From: an uncultured virus (IMG/VR IMGVR_UViG_3300034355_000834)
Lineage: Duplodnaviria; Heunggongvirae; Uroviricota; Caudoviricetes
Virus record (IMG/VR): IMGVR_UViG_3300034355_000834
Reading direction: 5' to 3' (one strand)
DNA: 64,000 nucleotides
Part shown: piece by piece, positions 41,794 to 52,152 of the stretch
How the letters are laid out: every line of letters begins with the position of its first letter
Position numbering within the stretch: position 1 is the stretch's first letter
Program-made: the position numbers and the translations under genes
The notes under the pieces: model-generated
What the model saw: only the letters and a program-made list of their open reading frames with translations
What the model was told of the DNA's origin: nothing
Database searches by the model: none

Positions 41794-42168
41794 TTACAGA
41801 TATTCCGCTGATCTTGTAGATTGATTCAGAAATAGATTCAACATCTGAGCTTCTGTTGCTGGTGCTATAGTGATAGAGAGTTGAATAAGTAACCCGTTTA
41901 ACTGAGGATATAATTGAGCCGAGTTCAAAAATATCCGTGGGTCTTGTGCGCATACTCGTTGAATTTCATTGTAGATAGCCCTCTCAGTATCAATCGTTTG
42001 GGTCTCAAAAACGTAGTTCCACAAAATTGTTCCATATTGAGGTAGTCCTACTACTTCACCTTGGCGTATATTAAAGGCATTCAATAAATCACGAATGATG
42101 AGCTTATTGCCAGCTAACGTGAAGTTTTTAGTTTGACCAATAGTATTGTATCCAACAAATGTTGTCAT
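41794..42168 (-). CDS. Baseplate protein gp25-like
   Basis: DLLNAFNIRQGE....P.YGT.LW..VFE and DPR. Confidence 0.85.
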   Translation of the reverse strand: MTTFVGYNTIGQTKNFTLAGNKLIIRDLLNAFNIRQGEVVGLPQYGTILWNYVFETQTIDTERAIYNEIQRVCAQDPRIFLNSAQLYPQLNGLLIQLSITIAPATEAQMLNLFLNQSTRSAEYL

Positions 42169-42172
42169 ATCA

Positions 42173-44614
42173 TCATCCCCTTATTGTTATGTTTGATGCA
42201 CCAGATATAAATGCATCGCCCAATTTAGCTGAATCACTTAACTTTGAGTTTGCTCGCACTAAATCAAAAATTATTCTCAACCAAAAATCACCCGGATACC
42301 CGTAAATCGGTTGTGGTATTTTGGGGTCTCCTAAAATATTCTGAGAAGATACATCTACAGTGGCTCTATCCACAGTGTCACTATATCCTATTCCTAACTC
42401 AATATTTGAAGTGAAAATATTATTACCACCAAAAAGATTACCGAATATCTGAAGTCCACCCAATAGATTGCCCAAGCTACCAAATGCGCTTGCTAAATTT
42501 AGCGAGTTGAATATGCTACCAAAACTACCAAAACTACCTATCTGATTGATAAACTGATTGACATCTGTGAATCCAGTTAGCAAATTGCCTGAGCCATTTA
42601 ATTGCGATATTAAAAAGTCCACTGGGTCGGTTCCAGCAGTAAAATCTGCCGCGAAATCTGATAAACTATTAAAACTGAATAGATCACCCAATGCTCCTGT
42701 TTGATCGGCGAAGTTCATTGCGTATTGAGCAGATTTTCCATACACAGACATTGCACCTCCGATTTGAGTCATCGGTGTTAGTAATTGTTGAACCACAGAA
42801 TTAGGTATTGCGCTAGTACCTCTCAATCCAACATAATTTTGATTCTGTCCATATCGTGCGTATTGTCCGTAAGTTGATCTACTGACATTGCTTGCCGCAG
42901 ATAACGGATTGGTTGTGCTTATTGCACCATTGTACAATGATCCAACACCACCCAATTGATTTAGAGCTACGTTGACACCATTGGTAGTATCAATGACATT
43001 CTGAATAACGCCATTAAACACATCCACTGTTCCGGCACTCGCCCACAATGATGTTACTTCTGGTCCAAATTTACCAGATGCCGTCACAAGAGCGCCATAA
43101 TCTTGGTATAACTGTTTAACAACACCGCTCTTAACATTGTTAAAATTGTATAGTCCCAAATCCTGATTGCTGGTAGCATCTTCTGTTGTAACACCTGAGG
43201 TCAGACTTTCGTAATATGCTGTTGGAACTAAACTGAATGTACCAGTTCCGATTGTTCCATTCTCATCTCGCATAAAAATAGAACTTGCGCCCAATGGTTG
43301 TAATCCGGTATTTGTGTAAATCCAAGATTTATCATAAGTTACTTCTCGTTCTGGTGGTGGCTCAATTATACCAGCAGCAACTAATCCATTATATCCAGCA
43401 TCAAGTAGATTATTATTTGTTGAATCTTGTAAATTTTCGGCAACTAAATATGCGTCAAGTGATCTTACACCATTTTTACCTGTCCATATAGAAGGGCTAC
43501 TCATGACTTTTTCAAATTCAATCGGATTAAGATCAATGTATCGGTCAGATGTGCCGGGCTTAACATATCCACCCACTTCAAGTTGATAGCAAGTTAGCCC
43601 ATACTTACCTACACCTTTTTCTTGACTTATTTCATCAAATGGTTGATTGACTATTTTGGCTATCTGAGATTGCAATGTTTGAACTTGGAACGGCAATAAT
43701 GGACCAACACGAATTGCACCCAAGCGTTCTCCCTTGGCTAACATGACATCGGCTTGATCAACTGGTGATTCAATCGGTATCTTAGATAAATCTGGCATTG
43801 ATTGAACCGTGGGATATTTGTTAATCACCGATGCTGCAAATTCAATCTCAGTCGGACTCAAGAATCCATCATAACCTTGGCTTGGTGTCTCTGTTTGTGA
43901 GAATAATTCAGTCACAATCGCGCCCGCTCTACCAGAGAGTGGCACAGTATCTCCCCATTCTCTGCCATTTGGTCCTCTGCCACCCGGAATCGGCGGCGAA
44001 GGTGCTGGTTGAGGCGGCACTATAGGCAGCGGTGGTATAGGCGGTAACGGACCCGGTGGTCTTGGTGGCGGCACTGGTCCCGGTGTTGGTCCCGGACCAG
44101 GACCAGGACCCGGCGTCGGTGGATTCACTGGATCAGGATTGGGAGGAACCGGTGGATAAAATGGATCTGGGTTGGGAGGAATAGGCCAATATGGATCAGG
44201 ATTTGGGCCGGGGCCGGGACCTGGATTCGGGCCGGGACCTGGATTCGGGCCGGGACCTGGATTCGGGCCGGGACCTGGATTCGGATTAAATGGATCATAG
44301 TTATCTGGATTTATTCTATTATAATATCCCCCTATAATCTTATTATAAAGCTCTGTTACTATTTGCCCACGATATGTATAAACACCAGATAATGTTCCGG
44401 GTATACCAGCTGTGCCTCTACTTTGTCTACTTAATTCATAAGTAAGCGGAGTAACAGTTACGTTGGTAAGCGTTTGTCCTGTTTCGTATCCAACCAATGA
44501 TCCAGAAGCAACTTGAGAATAAAAAATAACATCAGCTTGCTCTTGTGTTGATCCTGGTGGTGCAACGACTACATATTTCGCACCCGAAGGTAAGGTATAT
44601 TCAAACTTAACCAT
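42173..44614 (-). CDS. Baseplate-associated protein with a Pro/Gly linker and a lysozyme-like region
   Basis: GVGKYG...QLE.GGYVKPG segment; start set at ATG 44614 after AGGAG. Confidence 0.6.
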   Translation of the reverse strand: MVKFEYTLPSGAKYVVVAPPGSTQEQADVIFYSQVASGSLVGYETGQTLTNVTVTPLTYELSRQSRGTAGIPGTLSGVYTYRGQIVTELYNKIIGGYYNRINPDNYDPFNPNPGPGPNPGPGPNPGPGPNPGPGPGPNPDPYWPIPPNPDPFYPPVPPNPDPVNPPTPGPGPGPGPTPGPVPPPRPPGPLPPIPPLPIVPPQPAPSPPIPGGRGPNGREWGDTVPLSGRAGAIVTELFSQTETPSQGYDGFLSPTEIEFAASVINKYPTVQSMPDLSKIPIESPVDQADVMLAKGERLGAIRVGPLLPFQVQTLQSQIAKIVNQPFDEISQEKGVGKYGLTCYQLEVGGYVKPGTSDRYIDLNPIEFEKVMSSPSIWTGKNGVRSLDAYLVAENLQDSTNNNLLDAGYNGLVAAGIIEPPPEREVTYDKSWIYTNTGLQPLGASSIFMRDENGTIGTGTFSLVPTAYYESLTSGVTTEDATSNQDLGLYNFNNVKSGVVKQLYQDYGALVTASGKFGPEVTSLWASAGTVDVFNGVIQNVIDTTNGVNVALNQLGGVGSLYNGAISTTNPLSAASNVSRSTYGQYARYGQNQNYVGLRGTSAIPNSVVQQLLTPMTQIGGAMSVYGKSAQYAMNFADQTGALGDLFSFNSLSDFAADFTAGTDPVDFLISQLNGSGNLLTGFTDVNQFINQIGSFGSFGSIFNSLNLASAFGSLGNLLGGLQIFGNLFGGNNIFTSNIELGIGYSDTVDRATVDVSSQNILGDPKIPQPIYGYPGDFWLRIIFDLVRANSKLSDSAKLGDAFISGASNITIRG
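44211..44282. repeat. Perfect 18-bp tandem repeat x4 (encodes PNPGPG)
   Basis: GGGCCGGGACCTGGATTC at 44211, 44229, 44247 and 44265. Confidence 0.95.
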
Positions 44615-44615
44615 A

Positions 44616-46142
44616 TTACTCCTTGGTAATGCTCCACCCACTCGGCATTTGAGGCGCATTTGGCATTGATGATGGCTTTCCTTCTTCCAACGATATATTC
44701 AGTTTTACACCTTGGTTATGATAAGGATATGGCTCATGTGTGGGCGCTCTTGATACTATACTTCGTAGTGCAGTTGGGTCAACTTGCCAACCGGTAGAAG
44801 AATCAAATGTAGTATCGGGTAAAATATATTCTGTAATACCATCGGGTGTGCTAACAATAGTAGGTGGCCCACTATTCAATAAAATAGTTGTTCCGACTAA
44901 ATTTATAGCGGTTGAACTTTGTGCGCTCAGATAATCTGTTTTTATGCCAAGGAATCCATCTGCTTTTATGCCCAATTCAAATTGACTATAGATACTCATC
45001 AATCCCTTACTCGCAATATCAAGCGTATCATCCGATTGCATGGTGGTTCCTTTCATGCTTTTCATATTGAGCTTATTTCCGGCAAAAATATTTACATCTT
45101 CGTCTGCATGAAGGTTTATTGTTCCTTTTGTTCTTACATTAACTGAGTTGGTGGAGAATACATCTACTGTTCCCTCTTGTCCAAATTCTAACCATGTTTG
45201 TCCATTTGCATGAATGATATAAAAGCAATTGGTATCATCGCTCATCAATATCTGGTGGCCATGCGCTGTTCTTAACCTAACCAGATTATTTTTTCCTTTA
45301 GCATCACCATCATCCATGACCAAACTATGCCCACCTCGTCTGCCAGTAATTTGAGCACCCTCTGGTGTTTCATTCTGAACATCGCGCAAAAACGTTTTGT
45401 CAAATACTAGATTACCAGCATAGATTCCTCTACCCGGCGTAATAATACCAAAACATTGGCTTGGGCTTTCACGCTGGCTACTTGAGTTAATCGGCCCTCT
45501 TACTGGATCATTGATTAACCCCTGTTGGAATAATGTCATCGCCACGTAAGAATGAACTGGTTTTTTCTGATCAAAGAATTTTGGATTATCAGTGATACCT
45601 TGATTGGCTATATTGATTTCTGTAACCGGAACCAATGGCGCTTTATTAAAATATGCCAACTGTGCGCCGTTGGTTTCCAATCTTTCTTCTTTCGGAACCG
45701 CGCCAATTGCAGGCACCATCTGATTACACTGTGGTTGAGGAATACATCCCACGTAATAACCTTGGTTCGGATCACCAGCAACGAAGAAGCACAACACTCT
45801 TACACCAGTATCTGGCGGAACAAACCACATACCATAGCTATTATTGTTTACATTAAATTTTCCCACATCGTCTGATGTTTGGGATTCCTCTCTCGGAGTT
45901 GAGCCGAAGAACGGCGGGCAATAACTCACTGTTCTCCACAAAGATTTATCAGTCAAATTCGGTTTACCACTCTTTTCAGTATCGCCAAATTCTTCAATAT
46001 ACACTTGCAAACGACCACTTCTGGTAGGATCAACATTGTTGACAACAATACCGATGAATGGTCCCATTTCGGTTGGCGAACCACCTCTATCAAATTTATA
46101 TTGATTGGGTCTACCTTTATCTCTGACTACGTTTTCTGCCAT
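44616..46142 (-). CDS. Baseplate spike/hub protein (gp5/VgrG-like OB fold plus beta-helix)
   Basis: V.NNVDP.RSGRLQV, YGMWFVPPD.G.RVL, GHSLVMDD, RLRTAHGHQILM.D and PTHEP. Confidence 0.82.
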   Translation of the reverse strand: MAENVVRDKGRPNQYKFDRGGSPTEMGPFIGIVVNNVDPTRSGRLQVYIEEFGDTEKSGKPNLTDKSLWRTVSYCPPFFGSTPREESQTSDDVGKFNVNNNSYGMWFVPPDTGVRVLCFFVAGDPNQGYYVGCIPQPQCNQMVPAIGAVPKEERLETNGAQLAYFNKAPLVPVTEINIANQGITDNPKFFDQKKPVHSYVAMTLFQQGLINDPVRGPINSSSQRESPSQCFGIITPGRGIYAGNLVFDKTFLRDVQNETPEGAQITGRRGGHSLVMDDGDAKGKNNLVRLRTAHGHQILMSDDTNCFYIIHANGQTWLEFGQEGTVDVFSTNSVNVRTKGTINLHADEDVNIFAGNKLNMKSMKGTTMQSDDTLDIASKGLMSIYSQFELGIKADGFLGIKTDYLSAQSSTAINLVGTTILLNSGPPTIVSTPDGITEYILPDTTFDSSTGWQVDPTALRSIVSRAPTHEPYPYHNQGVKLNISLEEGKPSSMPNAPQMPSGWSITKE

Positions 46143-48547
46143 TAGGCTTCTCTGTTAATTAGTTGTGTTGAGCTATTTGTCACTAAGGTTTCCGTTCCAT
46201 TTGGAACCTGAGTAATATCACCGTTTGATTGCGGTGGTGTTGCAGGCATTGTGTTATCAAGCGTCACCGGTACATTATTGTTATTTGTCGGAGTCAACGA
46301 TGAAGTAGGTATTCTATAATTTAATCCAGTTGCGTTAGTTTGTGTCGCATTGTTGCGTGTAGTGAGCGCCCTCCTCGCTGGCGTTCTATCAGTTACACTC
46401 GCTCTTATATCTGATCCTATCATGCTATCTATTTGCAATTGCCTTTCTCTTGATAATCCATCATCAAGCACCCCTTTGAGTGTTTGGGTAAATTTTCCTT
46501 TTTCAAATTTACTTGTGATTTTTGATGTTCTATAAATCACTCTTTGTCTTGGATTATTTTGTCTGCCAACATTGTCAATAATGCCATTTATCTGAGTATC
46601 GGGGTCCATTAAGCCGGTACTCAAATCATAATCAGACGGTGCGCTAAATGCGATCTCAAATAATACTTGACTACTATCAAGATTTATGCTACCGTCTGGG
46701 TAGAATCCACCATATACTAAATTTTCAGCAGCCGGTAGGCTCAACAATGATCCTTGCGCCATCCATGCCGGATCACCGACTATCTCTATTTCTGCATCAT
46801 TCAATGATTGATTATCATATAAAAAATCAGCGGCATTAGCTGCTATATCATTGGTTCTGCCAGCTGCACCATGCCCAGAATCACCCGATCTTGGTGAAAA
46901 TATCAATTTATAATCTTCGTGTCCTTTCAACGATTCGGATAGTCGCTCACCACCATCACCGCCAAGAATGATAGTATGTTGAGTCTTCATGTGTTGTTCA
47001 TACCGAAGAATCTGCGTATTTAACCCAGTAAACCAATAGTTGTATTCTTTAACTACGCCGGCAAACGGAGATGGTTTAAAATATGGACTCAATACACTAT
47101 AGACTTTAAATCTTGAGATAACGTACCGAATGGTGTAAGCATAATCATTTCGTTTAGGATCATATCCTTTTGGAATAGCTTGTACATTTATACTAAACCA
47201 ATCAAGATTTTTTTCAGCATTGATGTTATTAAACTGAGTCGTTTCTGATACCAATAGATTGGATTGGTTACTTATGTATGTGCTATTCCTAATAGTTTGG
47301 TCAATGATTTGCGTGATCTGTTGTCCAGCAGTGAAGTCGATCAATCTCACTGATTTATCCATAGATTGACGATTTGGATCACGTTGATCTGCCGCTGAAC
47401 CTCTAAGTGGCATACCTGTTCCTTTTGTTCTACCATCTTTTACTGCTACAACCGCATTTGCTATTTCTGGATCAGCGAACTCAATGACATAAGTATTTGG
47501 TATACTGTATACTCCTTTGGCAACCAAATCTTGCTGATATTGATTTAATGCTGTCATCAACCCAAGCCTAACCGTATTTTTCGGTGTTGCTCCACTTTCA
47601 TTTATTCTACCGGTAGTTTCAGTAGTCGACCCCGCTGCTTGTCCGGTTGTTACCGTGGTGCCTGTTGATAATACTTCCTTTACTGTATTACCACTTACTT
47701 CCACATTGTACATCAAGCTATTTTGATTTTGGCCCTTGACTACCGTGATGGCGAGAGGTATAGCTTTTATGTGGTATTCAACCAATTTGTTTTCTTTTCC
47801 TACATTATATTCAATGTCGGTTATTTGGAATGGATAAAATTTTTCAACCAATGCGTAATTACTTTGCCCAGAAAGAGGTTTTCCTACTTGTACCAAATTG
47901 CCATTTTCATCATAACCATAGAATTTAATTGCCATGACATAATTCTGAGAGCCAAGTGATTGATCTTTATCACCTCCAGCGCCCATCATGGCTTTAATTG
48001 CTGCTCGCAGTCGTGGAATTAACGTAATTCCAGCCGGCTCTACTACGGTAAACGACATTTCAGAATCCATTGATGCTGTAGATTGTTCTCCTATTGGATT
48101 TGTTTCAAGTATCAGATTGTCAAAGTAAAAATCAACATCAAAATAGGGACTGCGCTCATCATTGTTTACGCCACCACTTTGCATAACAATTGCTTGAGAT
48201 GATAGAACCGATAAATCACCAGACATCACTTTAGCAATAGCATCTGATGTACACAGATACCACGTTAAAACATAATTGTAACTATAATAGTTGTCAAGTA
48301 TATTGGGTTGCGCTGTGATTCTATCACTAAAAGGGGTACCGGCTTGAACAGCGACTTTTACTCTGTTGATGGTTGCATCATCGCTCGGGGCACCGGTACC
48401 CGGAACAATGTTTGAAGAATTTGCATTTAAGTTGACCGGTTGTGGTCCATTTACACCAGTATTGACAAGCGTGATATTTGTCGGCGGTGTTGTTTGACTC
48501 TGAGTAGTCGTTACAACAGGTACATTAGCTCCTACAACTACTGGCAT
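46142..48547 (-). CDS. Putative baseplate hub/tail protein
   Basis: Position in the cluster; KEYNYWFTGLN, IEIVGDP.W and SKFEKGKFTQTLKG. Confidence 0.6.
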   Translation of the reverse strand: MPVVVGANVPVVTTTQSQTTPPTNITLVNTGVNGPQPVNLNANSSNIVPGTGAPSDDATINRVKVAVQAGTPFSDRITAQPNILDNYYSYNYVLTWYLCTSDAIAKVMSGDLSVLSSQAIVMQSGGVNNDERSPYFDVDFYFDNLILETNPIGEQSTASMDSEMSFTVVEPAGITLIPRLRAAIKAMMGAGGDKDQSLGSQNYVMAIKFYGYDENGNLVQVGKPLSGQSNYALVEKFYPFQITDIEYNVGKENKLVEYHIKAIPLAITVVKGQNQNSLMYNVEVSGNTVKEVLSTGTTVTTGQAAGSTTETTGRINESGATPKNTVRLGLMTALNQYQQDLVAKGVYSIPNTYVIEFADPEIANAVVAVKDGRTKGTGMPLRGSAADQRDPNRQSMDKSVRLIDFTAGQQITQIIDQTIRNSTYISNQSNLLVSETTQFNNINAEKNLDWFSINVQAIPKGYDPKRNDYAYTIRYVISRFKVYSVLSPYFKPSPFAGVVKEYNYWFTGLNTQILRYEQHMKTQHTIILGGDGGERLSESLKGHEDYKLIFSPRSGDSGHGAAGRTNDIAANAADFLYDNQSLNDAEIEIVGDPAWMAQGSLLSLPAAENLVYGGFYPDGSINLDSSQVLFEIAFSAPSDYDLSTGLMDPDTQINGIIDNVGRQNNPRQRVIYRTSKITSKFEKGKFTQTLKGVLDDGLSRERQLQIDSMIGSDIRASVTDRTPARRALTTRNNATQTNATGLNYRIPTSSLTPTNNNNVPVTLDNTMPATPPQSNGDITQVPNGTETLVTNSSTQLINREA

Positions 48548-48548
48548 A

Positions 48549-48857
48549 TTAGTATCCTAATGCTGCTTTTAATGTCGTGACTTTTGGCAAATAAATTTGA
48601 ACACCGTCCGTAAAATCATAAGGAGGTGCTGTCAATGTATTAGGATTTCTTTGGTAAAATACCCACCATAATCCAGAATTGGAATACAAATCGTTTGCCA
48701 ATAAATCAGGTCTATATTGATATGTCGCGTTAATAACAAATAATCTATCGTCAGTCTCTTTTGGAATAGGACGATTTACCCAAGGACCAAGATAAAATGA
48801 TTCAAATGGCGTAAGGTAATAGGGGCTGGTTGCTGGATATACAACAGTCATTACCAC
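48549..48857 (-). CDS. Baseplate wedge protein, gp53/LysM-like
   Basis: YQYRPDLLANDLY....LWWVF..RNP. Confidence 0.8.
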   Translation of the reverse strand: MVMTVVYPATSPYYLTPFESFYLGPWVNRPIPKETDDRLFVINATYQYRPDLLANDLYSNSGLWWVFYQRNPNTLTAPPYDFTDGVQIYLPKVTTLKAALGY

Positions 48858-49720
48858 ATACCTCCCTTTAATAAAGCGCCCGTAGCGAAGCCTTTTAAGC
48901 TAAACGATTGACTCACTTGTCTTCTTGTTTGCATCGGTAAAACAGAAATATTGATAGTCATTTTAGTTGGAACATAAGTTGGAATACTTGCACCTAAATT
49001 GGGCGATTGTGTAGCGAACGCATTAGGGGGAATAGCACCCGAGGTTAGTCCGGCAGTCTGCAATCTGGTTGCCGCCAATGATAAATTAGTCAATGTAGAG
49101 TTCTGTTTTGGTCTCTGATTGGAAAAATCAATACCGGTATTTTGAACTTTTGAACGTATGTAATCTACGTCTGGTGGCAATTGGTATGCAAAATTGGACA
49201 CCACAGCAGTATGCTCAATAAATTGATTAGGCCCGAATCCGGTCAAATAAACCAATGGTGGTGGGCTACCTCTTTCTGCATCTTGACCATAAAACATCTT
49301 GGTTACTGATCTAAAAAAGTGAATTACCGCCAACAAGTAATTAGCTTCAAATGTATCTTGTGCTGTAAAAACACCCGAGATATCAACTTGGTCAACCGAA
49401 CTACCTTGATAAAATTGCCCCAAATAATTTGAGTGAGTCAATTGATACGGCGCGTAGTTAGCTTTATACGATGTAGATACTTGTGGAGTATATGGAAAAA
49501 TAACACCATCGGTGACTTTAAGTGGCTCTAATATGCCAGCAGGACTTGCGTTATATAAATAATCACTTTGAGGCGCAAGACTTATTCTAAAACGCCAGTC
49601 ACCATTATTGTATAAACTTGTTTGATTAGTGATAGATTGCTGTAACTGAGCATTTAATACTGAGCCTTGTGTGGCAGCATTAAGTTCATTTACAGGGTCT
49701 AAAGTATATGGTTCTGGCAT
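48851..49720 (-). CDS. Tail tube initiator-like protein
   Basis: GVIFPYTP, HFFRSVTKMFYG, PPPLVYL.GFG and LP.DVDY. Confidence 0.65.
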   Translation of the reverse strand: MPEPYTLDPVNELNAATQGSVLNAQLQQSITNQTSLYNNGDWRFRISLAPQSDYLYNASPAGILEPLKVTDGVIFPYTPQVSTSYKANYAPYQLTHSNYLGQFYQGSSVDQVDISGVFTAQDTFEANYLLAVIHFFRSVTKMFYGQDAERGSPPPLVYLTGFGPNQFIEHTAVVSNFAYQLPPDVDYIRSKVQNTGIDFSNQRPKQNSTLTNLSLAATRLQTAGLTSGAIPPNAFATQSPNLGASIPTYVPTKMTINISVLPMQTRRQVSQSFSLKGFATGALLKGGMW

Positions 49721-49809
49721 AGTTTTTCCACGGTATTGTATTATTTATGCTTGAAAAATAGTGAAATTTTTCTTGCATAGGATGATATTATCTGATATAT
49801 TATACTCAT

Positions 49810-50703
49810 GTGTGTAACAGAGGAGGAATAGTGACACCGAGCAAAGTAAATTATCTAAACAATCGCGATCTTCTAAAAGAGATTCATAACAGTAAAATCA
49901 CTTACTGTAGTTTTCAGAACAAGGACACCGATCATCAATATGACATTATTTTACCCAGCGTTGAAAAAATAAATCGCTTAACTATTTCAGAGGCAAAGAG
50001 GCTCAAGGCTGATAGATTGAAGAAGGAAGGAATCGCTGAGATTGATCCAAAAAAGATTTCTCACACAGATTTAGTATTCCGAGTCCCATGTTGGGATCAT
50101 ATTCCATTAGCTGTTCCAAAAGAAGCAAAAACTAAAACCAAGAAGATCAATATCACTGATGTATTTGATTTCTCGGACATATCACCAGAAGTAGATGATG
50201 TCATCAATGATGACAATCCTATCAGCACAAAATACGTCGTACTGAATTTTCCGCCGTTTTATCACTATCGCCTTGATGAGAATAAGATACCGTATATTGT
50301 CGGGAAAAGTCATTGGTCGGGTGATTTGGAAAATGGAGAATTTTGCCAAACGCACGGGCAAATAACCAATAAATTGGGTATGATGTTCATGAAATTATGT
50401 GAACGATATTCCAGCAAAGGAAATTGGCGCTCATATTCTTATGTAGATGAAATGAGAAATCAGGCATTGTTACAATTGTCAATCAGTGGATTAAAATTTG
50501 ATGAATCCAAGGGTAGCAATCCATTTGCATACTTCACTTGCTGTGTAACCAATGCATTCAGACGCATTCTGAACAATGAAAAAGTTGCTCAAAATTTACG
50601 TGATGATCTACTTGAAGCAAATGGACTCAACCCGAGTTGGTCAAGGCAGCAACAAGGCGTGTTTGAGGCTCAATTAAAAGCGCATAATTCAGAAGAACAT
50701 TAA
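49810..50703 (+). CDS. Late-transcription sigma factor (T4 gp55-like)
   Basis: NYLNNRDLL.EI, NWRSYSYVDEM...ALLQL and FDESK.SNPFAYFT; lies upstream of gp47/gp46 as in T4; true start may be GTG 49831. Confidence 0.85.
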   Translation: MCNRGGIVTPSKVNYLNNRDLLKEIHNSKITYCSFQNKDTDHQYDIILPSVEKINRLTISEAKRLKADRLKKEGIAEIDPKKISHTDLVFRVPCWDHIPLAVPKEAKTKTKKINITDVFDFSDISPEVDDVINDDNPISTKYVVLNFPPFYHYRLDENKIPYIVGKSHWSGDLENGEFCQTHGQITNKLGMMFMKLCERYSSKGNWRSYSYVDEMRNQALLQLSISGLKFDESKGSNPFAYFTCCVTNAFRRILNNEKVAQNLRDDLLEANGLNPSWSRQQQGVFEAQLKAHNSEEH

Positions 50704-50767
50704 AAAGCTTGCAATCCTATGATAGATGATGTAGACTGATGTTTGCATTATTATCGTAGGATTTTTT

Positions 50768-51784
50768 ATGTCTAATTTATTTAAAAAAGCGGCAGTTTTC
50801 ACGGACCTCCATTTAGGACTCAAGTCCGATAGTGTTATTCACAACAATGATTGCATGGAATTTATTGATTGGTTTATCGCCACTGCTAAAGAGCAGAATT
50901 GCGAGACTGGTATGTTCCTTGGTGATTGGCACAACAATAGAGCCTCACTCAATATCAGAACATTGCAATATTCACTGATTGCTTTGGAAAAGTTAGCAAA
51001 GGCGTTTGATCGTTTCTACTTTATCGTAGGGAATCATGATTCTTTTCTAAAAAACAGTCGTGAGGTAAATTCGCTTGAATGGGCGAAACACTTGGATAAC
51101 ATTGTTCTATGCGATAATTGGTTATCAGAAGGCGATGTTACGATTGTTCCATGGATAGTAGAAGATGAGCATAAGCGTATTCAAAAAATAAAATCAAAAT
51201 ACGTTTTTGGCCACTTTGAATTACCTCACTTTAAGATGAACTCTTTAGTTACGATGCCCGATCATGGTTCAATTCGCAATGAAGATTTTGACAAGATAGA
51301 AAAAGTCTTTTCTGGTCATTTTCATTTACGCCAGTGTAAAAACAACATTCATTACATTGGAAACGCTTTTCCCCACAATTTTTCGGACACTGGCGATAGC
51401 GAACGCGGTTGTATGATTCTTGAATGGGGCAACGAACCAGAGTATTATTCATGGCCAAATCAGCCATTGTATTCTGCAACCAAATTAAGTACACTGATTG
51501 ACACAGCGCCCACGATATTGAAGGCGAATATGCATCTCAAGGTTGATTTGGACATTGATATCAGTTACGAAGAAGCCAATTTTATCAAGGATACATTTAT
51601 CAGAGACTATTCATTAAGAGAAATGACGCTCATACCTATTAAAAATAATCAAGTCGACGTTGACCTATCACCCGGCGAGATCGTGTTTGAATCTATTGAC
51701 CAAATCGTAACTTCCCAATTGACCAACATCAATAGCGAATTTTATGATCCAAAACTACTCCTTTCAATTTATCAGAACCTATGA
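50768..51784 (+). CDS. Recombination nuclease, gp47/Mre11/SbcD-like
   Basis: FTDLHLG, LGDWH, GNHD, GHFE and SGHFH. Confidence 0.92.
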   Translation: MSNLFKKAAVFTDLHLGLKSDSVIHNNDCMEFIDWFIATAKEQNCETGMFLGDWHNNRASLNIRTLQYSLIALEKLAKAFDRFYFIVGNHDSFLKNSREVNSLEWAKHLDNIVLCDNWLSEGDVTIVPWIVEDEHKRIQKIKSKYVFGHFELPHFKMNSLVTMPDHGSIRNEDFDKIEKVFSGHFHLRQCKNNIHYIGNAFPHNFSDTGDSERGCMILEWGNEPEYYSWPNQPLYSATKLSTLIDTAPTILKANMHLKVDLDIDISYEEANFIKDTFIRDYSLREMTLIPIKNNQVDVDLSPGEIVFESIDQIVTSQLTNINSEFYDPKLLLSIYQNL

Positions 51785-52143
51785 TCATTGAATGGTTCAG
51801 AAAGACATTGAATATCGCAGAGAGAGCCGATCTATATGAAATGTCAAATATTCCTTCAAAACGGACTGGTTTACCTGTCACGGTTTTTTGTTCGCCAAAA
51901 GGCGCAGCTAAACACGAGTGTAGAGTAAAGGTGTCTAATATAGCCGGAGGAGTTAATGAACATGACGTATTTTCTATTGATTTAAGTGATCTTATTGTGC
52001 GAGGACACTGCAAGTTATCATCAGATGATCTAGAAGCGGTGAAGTGGTGGATTCACCGAAATCGTTTTGTAATTTTAGATTTCTGGAAAGAACGCATAGA
52101 TACATTGGATTTCTTGCAATCAATCAAGCCCATATCAGAGTAA
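51781..52143 (+). CDS. Hypothetical protein inserted between gp47 and gp46
   Basis: LYEMSNI....TGLPV..KHECRVKVS..WWIHRN...LDFW; similar to 1579-1962. Confidence 0.7.
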   Translation: MIIEWFRKTLNIAERADLYEMSNIPSKRTGLPVTVFCSPKGAAKHECRVKVSNIAGGVNEHDVFSIDLSDLIVRGHCKLSSDDLEAVKWWIHRNRFVILDFWKERIDTLDFLQSIKPISE

Positions 52144-52152
52144 CAGATTAAA

